Positions 39,297 through 51,585 of a stretch of DNA of 64,000 nt are shown one piece after another. The DNA comes from Kudoa neothunni (Eukaryota > Animalia > Cnidaria): positions 15,614,929 through 15,678,928 of the forward strand of contig OZ199838.1 of NCBI GenBank assembly GCA_964304625.1, in the 5' to 3' direction. The translations under genes and the position numbers were made by a program. The notes beneath the pieces were generated by a model. It worked only from the letters and a program-made list of their open reading frames with translations, was not told the origin of the DNA and searched no databases. Positions within the stretch are counted from its first letter, which is position 1. The number at the start of each line of letters is the position of its first letter.

Positions 39297-40432
39297 TTAG
39301 CGGAAACTGCCCAACGTTGCTTGGGGAAGATTTCGCATTGATACGCTTCTTAATAATATTCACATAATAAATTGAAATCGTGAATTAACCCATAGAAGAA
39401 AATTAACTAACAAATTTTAAGCATCATACATTAACGATATAGATTAGCGAAATTTAAATTATGATCATTTCTGTGAAGGAAAGCATCAAGTCCGGCGTTC
39501 ATTGAAAAATTTCGCTGCATGGCGCCAATGCTAAATAATTTATTGTCAGTGTCGTATTTCTTTGCGCTCCCGAGTGGAAAAAATCCGCTAAAATGTTACC
39601 CTGAACGTTATTTTTTGCCCGGCTCCGAAAGTTTGTGCAGCACCGTTTACAAGAGACAAATAAATAGGAAAGGATACAGAGATAGAATAAAACGGACGAA
39701 AATTAGTTTTTCTTGCTCAAATTAATATCGCTTGGCCCGGCAAGAGCTTAACGCCCTTTTTCCTATATTTGGCCACAAATCGCGTCAACTTCAACATAAG
39801 TAATTTATATAATTTGTTGAAATAAAATTACAAATATATGAACTGAATTTAATTACAGAAAGTCAAACTTAGCGGATGATTTCAATGAAATCTACAGACG
39901 CAGTATTTCCATTATAATGTTTCAATCAATGTAATTTTAACGTTATCAATCAATTCGTTATTAATGAAACATATATAGATTTTTATCATACCTAAAACCA
40001 TTAATAGAACTTTCAAAATATAATAATCAGATTCAATACCTTAAAACTCCCGACATAGAGAGTATATCTGCACGAACGCCTAAATTTACACACTAAATTT
40101 ATATACAATGTCAAATGGCAGCATTTAGTCAACATTTGATAGAGTATATAAAGGGGAAAATTAATTTCAACTGACCATCAGCAGGTCATAAGCAAGTGTT
40201 AATCCTATTGTTGAACTCAAGTAATCTGCTAAACAAACTTTGAACCGACAACATCACCATTTTCTAAACATTTCTGGGAACACTTATTAGTGTGAACATG
40301 ATTTAAGTATTTTTTGAAACATTGTAATTTAAAAAAATTTCATAAATGTCTCTCTATACGAAAAAAAATTTTAACTCACATGCGTACTTGCTGACACACA
40401 TACGGACGCTTCAGCTTTGTATATATAGTAGA
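39297..40432 (-). mobile_element. Non-autonomous Helitron-like element
   Basis: 5' A|TCTACTATATATAC and 3' CCCAAGCAACGTTGGG hairpin followed by CTAA|T. Inserted ~125 bp past the copy H stop codon. Confidence 0.78.
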
Positions 40433-40556
40433 TAATAGATGTCTTTATTATTTGAAAATTTACGTAATGTGTTAGGAAAGAATCACAATTTAATAAAATA
40501 TTAATATGTAATAGCTAATTATGCTAGTTTGAGATTGATACAGAGAAAATATCAGG

Positions 40557-42029
40557 TTATGAGGGTGTGGTGAGTTCTTCATCATCTTTAGTATTGCTGT
40601 ATGAGTCCTCTGCTTCAAATGTAGTTTCATCCCGATCCATCTGCCGCCAGCAAATATTTTCACATGCATCTTCTGATTTAAAATTGTTATTGTTTCCATT
40701 GAGACCTCCAAACATAAAGGAGACGCATTTAAATTTACTTTCTGAACTATCAAAATACCATCTTTTAACATTAAGGTTCCCATTTGTGTTATCAGATTTG
40801 CTGTATTCACCAGCTTTAGGCTGATAACAAGCAGGTTTTCTTTCTATAGCATCCTTAGGTTCGGGTTTATCTATTCACATTTTAATGAAATTATTTTAGT
40901 CTAAATGATTTATTTACCCCATCCACAATAACTTTCGCATATTTCCGCGGAAGGAAAATTATTTTTAGATTTATCAAATACTCCAGGCCAACTCTCAAAT
41001 CGTGAACAACCCTTGTTGCTTTGGTCATAGTAGAATCTTATTGTTGGTTTGACGTCGGATGGTGAACTTGGCTTATTAAACTGGTCAGGCTGTACTCTAC
41101 TACAAGCTGGTATTTTTTGTTTCATTTTTATATTAGTTTCAGCAGCTGCATCATCGTGCTCGTATGCTATGGAAACATTATTTAAATAAAGATAATATTA
41201 TTTACGGAAACATTTTTTAACGCATTCGTTAATAGTATCGAATGCTCCTCTTATCTTTTTATCTGGGTCGCTCAATCCTGCTGCAACATACACACATTGT
41301 TTCTCATCAATCAATGCGATAGCTTTGATTTTAGCTTCACTCGTTTGAAGGTCTGGTTTTAAGTGACAGTCAAAATAACTTGGAACGGCATATTCTTTTT
41401 TATCTTGTTCGTTACTTAAACCCCCGGCTGCAGTTGGTTTCCCGTATTCATCGTCTTCGTGTAAAAATGTGATTATAAATCGAATATTTTGAACAAAATA
41501 TACTATAACAAAATATTTTGCATTCTTCAATTGAATCGTATCTATTTCTGTTCCCACCGCAACCTGTGTAAGAAAAAGTTTCACAAGTGGCAGTAGACGG
41601 ATCCCATGACCATTTTTGTGTGTATAGATCAGTCTTTTTAAGAGTATTGCAGGACCCCTCTTTTTTCGGAGGATCTTGACACCCATCAATCTTATCAGAA
41701 ATAGGATTTTCAACTATACAAAATTATTTTATTACATCAATAGAGAATTTACGATGTCTTTGGCATTCTATTTCCGTTCTAAAGTTGTTAAAGTTTCCTT
41801 TGATACCTTTGTATTGGAAAGTTTCGCATTAGTTTGTTTTGTTATTAACAAACCATCTCGTGAGCTCGTTGTTTATATCCTCACCTTCCTTGAACTCACC
41901 TACATCCATTGCATAGGAAGGAAGTGCTGGCTCTATAATGACATTATTTAATGTGGACATAGTATATGTACCTGATTTTATATGAAAGTAATTAATGTTT
42001 AACGCAACAAAAATTAATAAAAATAACAT
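40557..42029 (-). pseudogene. Five-Kunitz copy H (inverted), in-frame TAA in exon 2
   Basis: Reads NNKTN*CETFQY with TAA at 41829-41831 where paralogs have Lys or Glu. Most of the remainder is nearly identical to copy K. Confidence 0.8.
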
Positions 42030-43917
42030 ATTTTTTCAGATATAAGGAATTCTATTAACAGATACTACTATGTTATTGAGAACTTCGTTAAATAACTAAT
42101 ACGCCGATGTTTATTAAGAAAAGGAGACAATCAATAATTTCATTCACAGATCCAATATTCGTTAAAGTGTATTCAGTGATTTACTTAAACCCAGTATTAG
42201 ACAGTCAGGCTTAAAAAAAAGGAGGACAATTAAAATTATAAAAATTCTGTTTAAACCAATGTATGTTTATATTCTCATATTAAAGCTTTAATATATCTAA
42301 ACGATTAGTAAGAATTTTAAATATCGTATTACGAGTCAAAGTTTTTTGAAAACCAAGGAATTATCATTTTTTGTAAATTTTCACTTTGATATATAGATTT
42401 CACAGTTATGACAATTTAATAGTATATTTCTAGGATAACTCTCTTAAGTCCATATTTTATTCAATCATATAGATATAAAAACCTACCAATGTTTTGAGAA
42501 TCAATAGAATATTTTAGATATAAATTGCATTTTAGGTGTGTGGAGTAAAAAAGTAATAAATCTGATTTTTAATTGTTTTAATTAACATATTTTAATACCC
42601 GGAATGAAATTAAAGGAACAAATAAGAGGTAAAAAGACGTAAATTAAATGGGTTTTAGAAAATATTAAATATTCATAATGTCTCAAGGAAATACTAACAA
42701 GACCCTTAAAAATAATAGAGAAAATTGCCAGGATAGTTCTGACGGCGAGAATTAAGAGCGGATTGTACTAGGAACTACTTAATTTACCATGCACATTATC
42801 CGTTACGTTTGATTGGAAGTTATATACTTTATTTTTAGGATTTTTAGACCGATGAGTTTTTTCAATATTTTCTTGAAGACGTCATTTGCAAGAGAATGGT
42901 TGATTGGGGAAAATTTATATTTAGAAATAAATAAATTCGAGATAAAATAAATTTCGTATCGCAGTACCCTTATGAATTTATCAAAAAAATAAAGTAAATG
43001 AGTTTGATCCTCTAACGGATTTGGGGTGTATTACACCCCAAACCACACCTAGTGTGGGGATAAAATTTTACAACCTTCTCATAGAAAATTGAAATTTACT
43101 CTATTCATTCATCTTTATTAAATGTATTATATATCAAAAACTTGGTCAAAATATAAGTTCAGGTTATGCCAAAAAATTTCATTCTTTAACGGGCTTGGGG
43201 TGAAAAATACCCCGTGGTTTTTTGCTTATATTAACTTGAAAAATTAGAACTAATTAAATGAGAAACTCCTGTAAAATTCCATCAACAAATTTCCAAGAAA
43301 ATCTGCAATTAGTATCCCACCTAATCCAATGCGGCATTCTTCGTCGATCGCTCGAAAGTTTCCGATGGTGTAATATTGAGCTTCTCCTATCAGGCGGTTG
43401 GAGAGACATCGATTGTGTCAGATATATCGGATTTTAATAACTAAGAAAAGTTTTCTTTTGAATTATAACGTCAAAAAATAATTCATCGGAGATTTTACTT
43501 TAATTGTGCACCAATTTGGGTTATGTAGAAAAATAGGATTATTTGAGCAAGAAGCTAGGATTAGTTGGACCATTCTGGTGAGTAAATTAACATGAGCGCA
43601 TTTAATGAATTTTATGGTGATTTGGATTATAACTTGTTTTTTACATTACTTAACCCTTCCTGTACCAACTACGATAACAGAACGCTGGTGACCAACTTGT
43701 TCAATCTTCTCAAAGCTATTTCATCAAAAATTAAAGACACAAATATGATAATTAATGCACACTAAAATTAGTTTATATTATTTGGTGTACCGGGTTTTAC
43801 TCCCAAAACCGGACGCTGTATATGCTTAAGCAAAAATCTATTTTATGCTACATTTCAAATGAAAAAAAAAACAGCTCAAATACAATTTATAGAAATTAAT
43901 GAAAATTATAATAGTTT

Positions 43918-44789
43918 TTAAGTCCTAGGAATGTCATCTAAGGTGTGACACAATCCAAGAAAACTTTCATTATGTTGAATGTAATTCTTTAAATTCTCCT
44001 CAGTTACAGATTGAGAGGAAGTTGTTATTCTCTGTATTAAATCATTATGTCCACAAGTAGGGCCATCTTTTCTAGTTTTCGGTTTAATTTGAGAAAATAC
44101 CTCCTCACGAGTGTTCAAAAATGGCGAGTATCGAGGTGGATATTTTATCTCATAAGGATAGTCGCCAAAAAATTCCATATTAGAATGATGGAATCTGTCG
44201 TTAGCCATGACAATAATGTAGTCTCCATCGTCCAACACATTTTTTAACTGATTAAAAATTGTTGAAAATTTTCACAATTTACGCCCCTGGGAATGGATTC
44301 ACAGTAAACTACACTGATAGCGCTGGCAGCCAGGATCATGGTTACGTTCGGTCCTCTACTGTTAGCCACCACTGGATTGGGAGCTAATCCAACAAGAGCG
44401 CATCCATGAGAGCGTAGTAAGTGAAGGGAGAGGGGACTTTCATCGACGAATATCACCTTTCGAGACCGCACATTTATTGGTAAATTTGTGTACCAATTGG
44501 CTCACATCCAAATCGAGTTTTTGGATCATAGACTGTAAAGTTATGGTACAATTGTCCACAATAAGCTGGAGAAGACGGCGTTTGACTTCATCAGTAATTT
44601 TAATTTCCCTTGAACCACCTCTTACACCTTTTGTATAGGTTACCAATGTTTTATATCTTTAACCATGCCAAGCTGGGTACATTTTGGTATTCCTAGATCG
44701 TGAGCTACCGCGGAGAAAGGTTTTTCTTCATCAACCACAAGCTTAATGGAGCGTTTTCTTAAGTCATCTGAAATGTTGTTTCTTGACAT
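43918..44789 (-). mobile_element. Degenerate IS630/Tc1-family transposase
   Basis: HTH-like N-terminus, then VIFVDES, IIVMANDRFH and PPRYSPFLNTREEVFS across frameshifts. Confidence 0.85.
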
Positions 44790-44826
44790 TTTGTTATATT
44801 TAAATTTATTCTTTGTCTCGTCTTCC

Positions 44827-46488
44827 GATTAAAGTTCAGTTCCTCCCCACTTCGGCGCCCGCCTGTTGCTTGTCATTGGTAATAATCAGGATTCCAGTTG
44901 TTTGCGTTTTCCGGATTATGCTTGCTTCCTGCAATCTTCAAGTACAACGATTTAGATAAACTAGATTTTGAAGATTTATGTTACTCAAGGATCATCCTAA
45001 ATATTTAATTATTTTTTTCCAGCAACTTGACTTACTACCAACATCAATAGTTTGTTCCTGTGGAGGTCAAGTGAAATTTTCTCCAAGGAACAATTCTGCT
45101 GATGGCTACAATTTCCGTTGCTGTTTCAAGTCATGCAGGAAGGAATTCTCGTTACGAAAACATGTTTTTCTACCAAACCCAACTTTCTCTGTATCAAATT
45201 TTACGTGGCATTTGTTTGAGTCACTTCATTCGTAACCCAAACAAAATTGGTGGACCTTGCGTAAAAGTCCAAATAGACCAAAGCCAAATCTGTAAGAGGA
45301 AGTTTGGGGTTGGTTGAATCCTACAAAACTAAAGTCTATGGATAGTTCGTGGTATGGATGAGGATGGAAGAGTCTTTATGGTGGGAACCAAAAACAGAGA
45401 CTCTCCCGCTCTTGAAAATATTATTACCACTCATGTTGAGAGGGGATCTGTTTTTACACACAGATTGATGGCCTGCCTATAATTCACTCACTGAGTTAGG
45501 TTATGAATACGGTCATGAGACAGTAATTCGTGATAGGGAGTTTGTCTCGTCTACTGGAGTACACACCAACCGAATCGAGGGACTGTGGAGCGCTTTTAAG
45601 CGGAAATTTAGTTCGGTGACGAATAAAAAAAGGAAATGATCGCTTCCTATATTGCCGAATGGATATTTAAAAGACTCCGCAATAAGCGTGTTCTTTCTTA
45701 ACTTTTAGATACAATTAAACATATTTATGTTTAGTAGGTTTTATTTTATTGTAAAAATTTATATAATTATGTCTTTTCCCGATCATCAATGAATAAATAT
45801 CTATAGTAAATTATGGCATTGTTAAGTTTATTTTAATTAATGTTAACTTATTATTTTTAGAATAATTATATACATATTTATCAAATAATTAAAATTTTGT
45901 ATAAAATAAAATCTTCCGAAAATTAAGTTAAAAGGCAGATTTTTTACATTAGCTTAGGCTCATTAGGATACAATTAGAAAAGAAATGGAATGATATGTGA
46001 TTTTTATCCATCTAAAAACTATTAAAAATTATATTAAGATACAAATATCATGATTCGACATATTGTTTTAGTTTATACATTTTTTAAAAAAGAACATGTA
46101 AAATATAAAAAATATTTATTATTTATCTTTAAAATGTAATCTTAAGCTTTATATCGTTATCTATCAATTTTTTTTAAATAACAAATAAGTAATTTTTAAA
46201 ATACAATATCATTAAAAATATTCGTTTATGTATAATTCTCAAATATAACGATAAAAACATATATTAACTAATATATTATATTGTTTTGCACATTAATTGT
46301 CACCTTGTTTTTTAATTTTTAACATTTAAAATAATAAATGATATTTTTTAATTGATATATTTTGTTTAATTACTTCTAACTAATGTAAACTAGACTTTAT
46401 TGGGTTTATATATTATGAAACGTGACCCAATTAGTAACGATGGCGGGTAACTGGCGGACGCCGAAGGGGGAGGAACCGAACATTAACC
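44827..46488 (+). mobile_element. Merlin/ISXO2-like element, decayed
   Basis: Imperfect ~60-bp TIRs (GATTAAAGTTCAGTTCCTCCCC.. / ..GGGGGAGGAACCGAACATTAACC). Remnants IGGPCVKVQIDQS and TGVHTNRIEGLWS. Confidence 0.85.
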
Positions 46489-46599
46489 TAATTTTTTAAA
46501 CTTTACTCCTTCAAAATTTCTAAATAATTTTTATAATTTTAATTGTCCTCCCGTATTTATTTAAATCGTGACTAACTAATATTGGGATTTAGTAAATCG

Positions 46600-46765
46600 T
46601 TGAATCCACTCTAAATCGTGTGGGATCAGTGAATGAAATTATTGATCATCCCCTTTTCTTAATCAACATCGGTGTATTATTTATTTAACCAAGTTCTCAA
46701 TTATATATTAGTAAATGGCAATTCTTGTATTTGAAAAAATATGTTGTTTTTATTAATTTTTTGAC
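46600..46765 (+). pseudogene. Orphan family promoter plus first codons (copy I fragment)
   Basis: AACATCGGTGTATTATTTAT at ~46665, then ATG at 46741 reading MLFLLIF*. Homology to the coding sequence then stops. Confidence 0.75.
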
Positions 46766-47147
46766 ATTATTTATTAATCTACTATATAAAACAAGCCGGT
46801 AATCCGTGTGTGTGTCAGTGTGTACGCATTTTTCATTCTTTATAGAGAGACATATCGCTCCATTTGAGCACACATATGGAAAGATAAAATTTTATTTTAA
46901 CAAAGAAAATACGTAAAAAATTATAAAAGTTTTGCATCCAACAAAATGACTAAAAACATTTTCACGTGGTATGATTGGTTTGATTTGAGGACTTATGCAA
47001 ACATATAGATCATTTCGTTTAAGTTTTAAAAGTTAATTTTAAACGTACCATAATTTTTATTTTACTTTAAAATTATTGAAAAGTGATTTAGTAAATGAAT
47101 TAGTTCAAATAAGGAAGGTAATATTAGGTTATGTAGCCAAGGATTAA

Positions 47148-49563
47148 CCCATATAGACTCGGTACCCTTTGTCCTTAAGTTACAGAGCTATAATTTTGTA
47201 TATACTCTCAAAATACATTTGTGAATTATATATTTTAAAATAAAAAAAATATCTTTGTTTTAACATACTCTTTAACATGTTGCGTTAACGCAACATATAA
47301 TCTACAGCGACCATAGGGATTAATGGATTAAATTTATTTATAATCGTATACATAACTTTGTTTTGAAAAAAAACAAGCATGAAAATAATAAAATAATTGA
47401 GTGTAAGGTACCAGTTAATGAAGTTTGTTAAAACAAGTGGGGTGACATGGCAAACAGCAACCACGACAAACAAACACAGTATTGGACTTGCAAATTCTGC
47501 ATCTTGCTCTTTTTTCATCCGTACGTCGCTCAATAGTTTTATCGCTACATAAATTGCGTGTAAATTGGAAAGATACTGAGGATATGCGTTTTCTTGTTGT
47601 ATCGAATTTGACAGTTAAAAGTTTTGACACAAGCGTTCTTCGAAACATAAGGGAATCCCCAGTATCAGGATGGAGCAATTTAAATATTTTTTGTGAATTG
47701 GAAACTGCCATATCGATATAATTGCAAAATATATTCCAATACCACTTTTTTCCAGCTATTGAAATTCTGTAGGTGGCAATAGCTGAATCGAGGGAATCAA
47801 CGCCACCCATATAACGGTTATGGCTGGCAACAACGTTTGGCATTGGAATATACACATCTCTTTTATTACCCTTAGAATACCTTCTGGCATTCTTTATTGG
47901 TTCAATTTGATCAAAATTTGTCCCTATAATAACTGGCCTGGTATCATTCCATTTAACCAGCATCACTTTGTTGGCATTGTATGATTCAAAAAAACCACGA
48001 TTTTCTTTTTTGAAAACTGTATCGCATGTAAATGGACACTTCAGGGTCCTATTTTGTCGAACCGTTCCGGTGGCTTTTACGTTTAAAGAAGACAAATAGT
48101 TTAAAAGTCCCACTGAAGTGAAGAAATTGTCGAAATAAAACTCGTGGAGTCTAGGATATTCGACCAATTTCACAAAGTTTTTTACGACACTACCACCTAA
48201 CCCTAATTTCTTATCTATGTTTGTTCCTTTTCCACAATAAATGTCTGTGGAGAAGACATAGCCATCGTACGAACATAGACACCAACATTTAAAACCAAAT
48301 TTGATTGGTTTACCTTTTATATACATTTTTGCGGAATGATGTCCAAAATAAGGTATCATTTGTTCGTCGATGGAAAGACATCTCGAAAAGTAACCGAATC
48401 GTTGAAAGTTTTTGTTCAAGATGTTCATATAATTTCTAACCTTAAAAAAGCGATCATTTTTATATGCATCATCAGAAAGTAAACTATTGTCGCATAAGTG
48501 AATATATTTTTTTATTTGTGTGAATCTTTTGTAGGACATACATTTCTTTACTGCTTCAACACCGCAATCCATACCTTCTTCCCAATACATTCGTTGTCTT
48601 GGAAGACGGTTATAACCACTCAATATCAAAATTCCAATAAAATTCATCAATTCATTTTTTTCAATGTCAAAATCAATCTCGTTATTTTGACCGGCATATG
48701 TGACACTTTCTTTAATAATCAAATTTAAGACATTGGAGTCAAAGAACAATTCAAAAATCTCGCGTTCATCCATTGCAACAATCGTGGGTTCAAATTTATC
48801 CAAGTAAAAGTCACAACCATCTAATAAAATACTTAAGATTATGTATAAAAACCCTTTCGTTTATACCTTCCAGAGAAATATCTGGATCCCTATTGGATAC
48901 AGATCTGTTTGAGTAATCATTAAGCTCCCAACAGAATAATTCGTCTTCAATATCGTCAAAATCTTTATTAATTACTTCCACTTGACATGATATTTCTTTG
49001 TTGAGTTGATTATCGCTGAAAGTATTCGTGTCTTCGTCATTTGTACTTTCGTTATCAGTTACAACATCAACCCTTTCTGGAGGAATAATAACTATATCGA
49101 TCAGATTTTCATCCGCATTTTCTTCGATTTCATTTATTACGTCAAGGTATAGATTATAGCGCTTGTTCTCCATTTTATGACAAAATTGTCGCCGTAGATT
49201 ATATGTTGCGTTCGCGCAACAAAAATTGATCCTTATATTAAACTTTGAAGGAAACTTTTTAGATCGCTTCTTTCATTTTAAGGACAATTATCATATCATG
49301 ATCTAATTATTTTTAAATTATTGGCATCATTGAGTTTAACGCTATGAAATAAACGGAAGAATATGAAAACACTTCAATGATGACCTTTCGCACATTTAAT
49401 TATAGTCACATTTTAAATTGCAGAAGTTATTTTTTTCTATAAAATAAAAATTTATGTATTCTTCTAAATAATTAAATCAATTTTGTGTCATCGTACCCAC
49501 TAACGTATGAGAAAAATAACAACAAAGTTTTGTTGCGTTATCGCAACATATAGTCTATACGGG
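47148..49563 (-). mobile_element. Full-length piggyBac transposon (2416 bp)
   Basis: TTAA on both sides, TIRs CCC(A/G)TATAGACT, and an internal palindromic repeat TGTTGCGTT..CGCAACA at ~47278, ~49204 and ~49531. Confidence 0.92.
47415..49173 (-). CDS. piggyBac transposase, 570 aa after splicing intron 48821-48866
   Basis: DDD triad motifs SIDEQM, FDNFFTS and GGVDSLD, plus a C-terminal Cys-rich domain. A GTATAA...TTAG intron joins ORFs 48811-49173 and 47415-48803 in frame. Confidence 0.88.
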
Positions 49564-50128
49564 TTAATACGAAAATCATTTGTTGATGTTTAACAAGATT
49601 AGTTCTATTCATATAGTATGATTTAAATTTTACTGCAAACATCAAGGAGAAAATCGATTTTTTAGCAACTCTAAAGAGGAAATTTAAATTCTCAATAGTG
49701 TTTATTCGTTTTTAAAAATATTAAATAAGGTTCATACGTCCAATTAGTTAAATAAATCATCCGTTAATTGGGTAATCCTTGTATTAATTATCTAAATACT
49801 CTTAATTTACTTTGAACTTCAAATGACCTTGGCCGTTCAAGGAAGCCCACGCGATGTGGGGCTTTTGCGCTAATATTTCTATATTTTTAGGCATAGTTAA
49901 ATTTTCTTATGTTTTTAATATATAAAATGTTCGTTAATATTTATCAAAAAATAGAATATTCGAAGTGAAAATAATATTGAACACAACATAGCTCATTTTA
50001 TGCTCAATGAATAATTCTATTGATTGATTGATTAATTGTGCTTAGAAACATCGGCGTATTATTTATTTAACGACGTTTTCAATTAAATATTTGTACATGA
50101 GAATAGCATTCACTATAACTGACTAAAA

Positions 50129-51585
50129 ATGTTATTTTTATTTTTAATATTCGTTGTTGCAAATGTCAATTATTTTAAAATCAAATCAGGTACATATCTT
50201 TCCTTCTCCTTAAATAATGTCATTGTAGAACTGGCACTTCCTTCCTATGAAAGGGATGTGGGTGAATTTAAACCAGGTGAAGATATAAACAACGAACTCA
50301 CAAGATGGTATATTAATAATAAAACAGCTGAATGCGAAACTTTCCAATACAGAGGAATACAAGGCAACTTTAATAACTTTAGAACGGAAATAGAATGCAA
50401 AAGACATCGTAAATTCTCTATTGATGTAATAAAATAATTTTGTATAGTTGAAAATCCTATTTCTGATAAAATTGAGGGATGCCAAGACACGCCTTTAGTA
50501 TTTGGTCAATGTAGTAATCAAAATACATTCAAATGGTCATGGGATCCGACTACCACCACTTGTAAAAGTTTTCAATACTCAGGTTGTGGGGGGAATAGAA
50601 ACAGATATGATACAGAAGAAGAATGCAAAATATTTTGTTATAGTATATTTTGTTCAAAATATTCGATTTATAATCACATTCTTACACGAAGACGATGAAT
50701 ACGGGAGAAAACCTAATGGTGCGAGTTTAAGTAACGATGATGACAAAGTTAAATATGCTCTTCCGAATTATCATGATTGCCATTTGAAACCAGATCTTCA
50801 AACGAGTGAAGCTAAAATCAAAGCTATCGCATTGATTGATGAGAAACAATGTGTGTATGTCGCAGCAGGATTGAGCGACCCAAATAAAAAGATAAGGGGA
50901 GCATTCGATACTATTAACGATTGCGTTAAAAAATGTTTCCGTAAATAATATTATCTTTATTTAAATAATGTTTCCATAGCATACGAGCACGATGATACAG
51001 TTAATGAAGTTAATATAATGATGAAACAAAAATACCAGCTTGCAGTAGAGTACAACCTGACCAGTTTAATAAGCCAAGTTCACCATCCGACGTTAAACCA
51101 ACAATAAGATTCTACTATGACCATAGCAACAAGGGATGTTCACGTTTTGAGAGTTGGCCTGGAGAATTTGAAAGATCAAAAAATAATTTTCCTTCAGCCG
51201 AAATATGTGAAAGTTATTGTGGATGGGGTAAATTAATCACTTGAACTAAAGCAATTTCGTTAAAATGTGAATAGATAAATCCGAAGAAACGGAGGCAATA
51301 GAAAGAGAACCTGTTTGTTATATGCCAAAAGCTGGTGAATACAGCGCAACTGATAATATTAATGGAAATCTTAATGTTAAAAGATGGTATTTCGATAGTT
51401 CAGAAAATGAATTTAAATGTCGTTCGTTCTTGTTTGGTGGGATCAATGGAAATGCTAATAATTTTAAATCATTCGAAGCTTGCAAAATTATTTGCTGGAA
51501 AAATATGGATCCCGATGATGATACATACACAAAAACAGATTCCCACTCTAACATTCAGGATAATGAACAACCAAACACGCAATAA
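50129..51585 (+). pseudogene. Five-Kunitz copy J, -1 frameshift in an A-run in exon 5 (or assembly error)
   Basis: A5 at 51028-51032 where paralogs have A6 (CAA AAA ATA). Loop is TPLVFGQCSNQNTFKW. Confidence 0.7.

Larger units (their letters stand above)
46778..49873 (+). mobile_element. Non-autonomous Helitron-like element hosting a piggyBac insertion
   Basis: 5' A|TCTACTATATAAAAC and 3' hairpin AAGCCCAC-GCGAT-GTGGGGCTT followed by CTAA|T. The flanks rejoin into sequence resembling the family upstream region. Confidence 0.7.

Noticed and set aside
41829-41831. In-frame TAA as a sign of an alternative genetic code or readthrough
   Set aside because: It is a single case. TAA, TGA and TAG terminate other genes normally, and the long ORFs have no internal stops.
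43005-43680. Additional piggyBac-like ends (GGGGTG..ACCCC motifs near 43020 and 43195, TTAACCCTT near 43650, and similar near 54780-54845)
   Set aside because: No partner termini or clear coding remnants could be assigned, so boundaries are unsupported.
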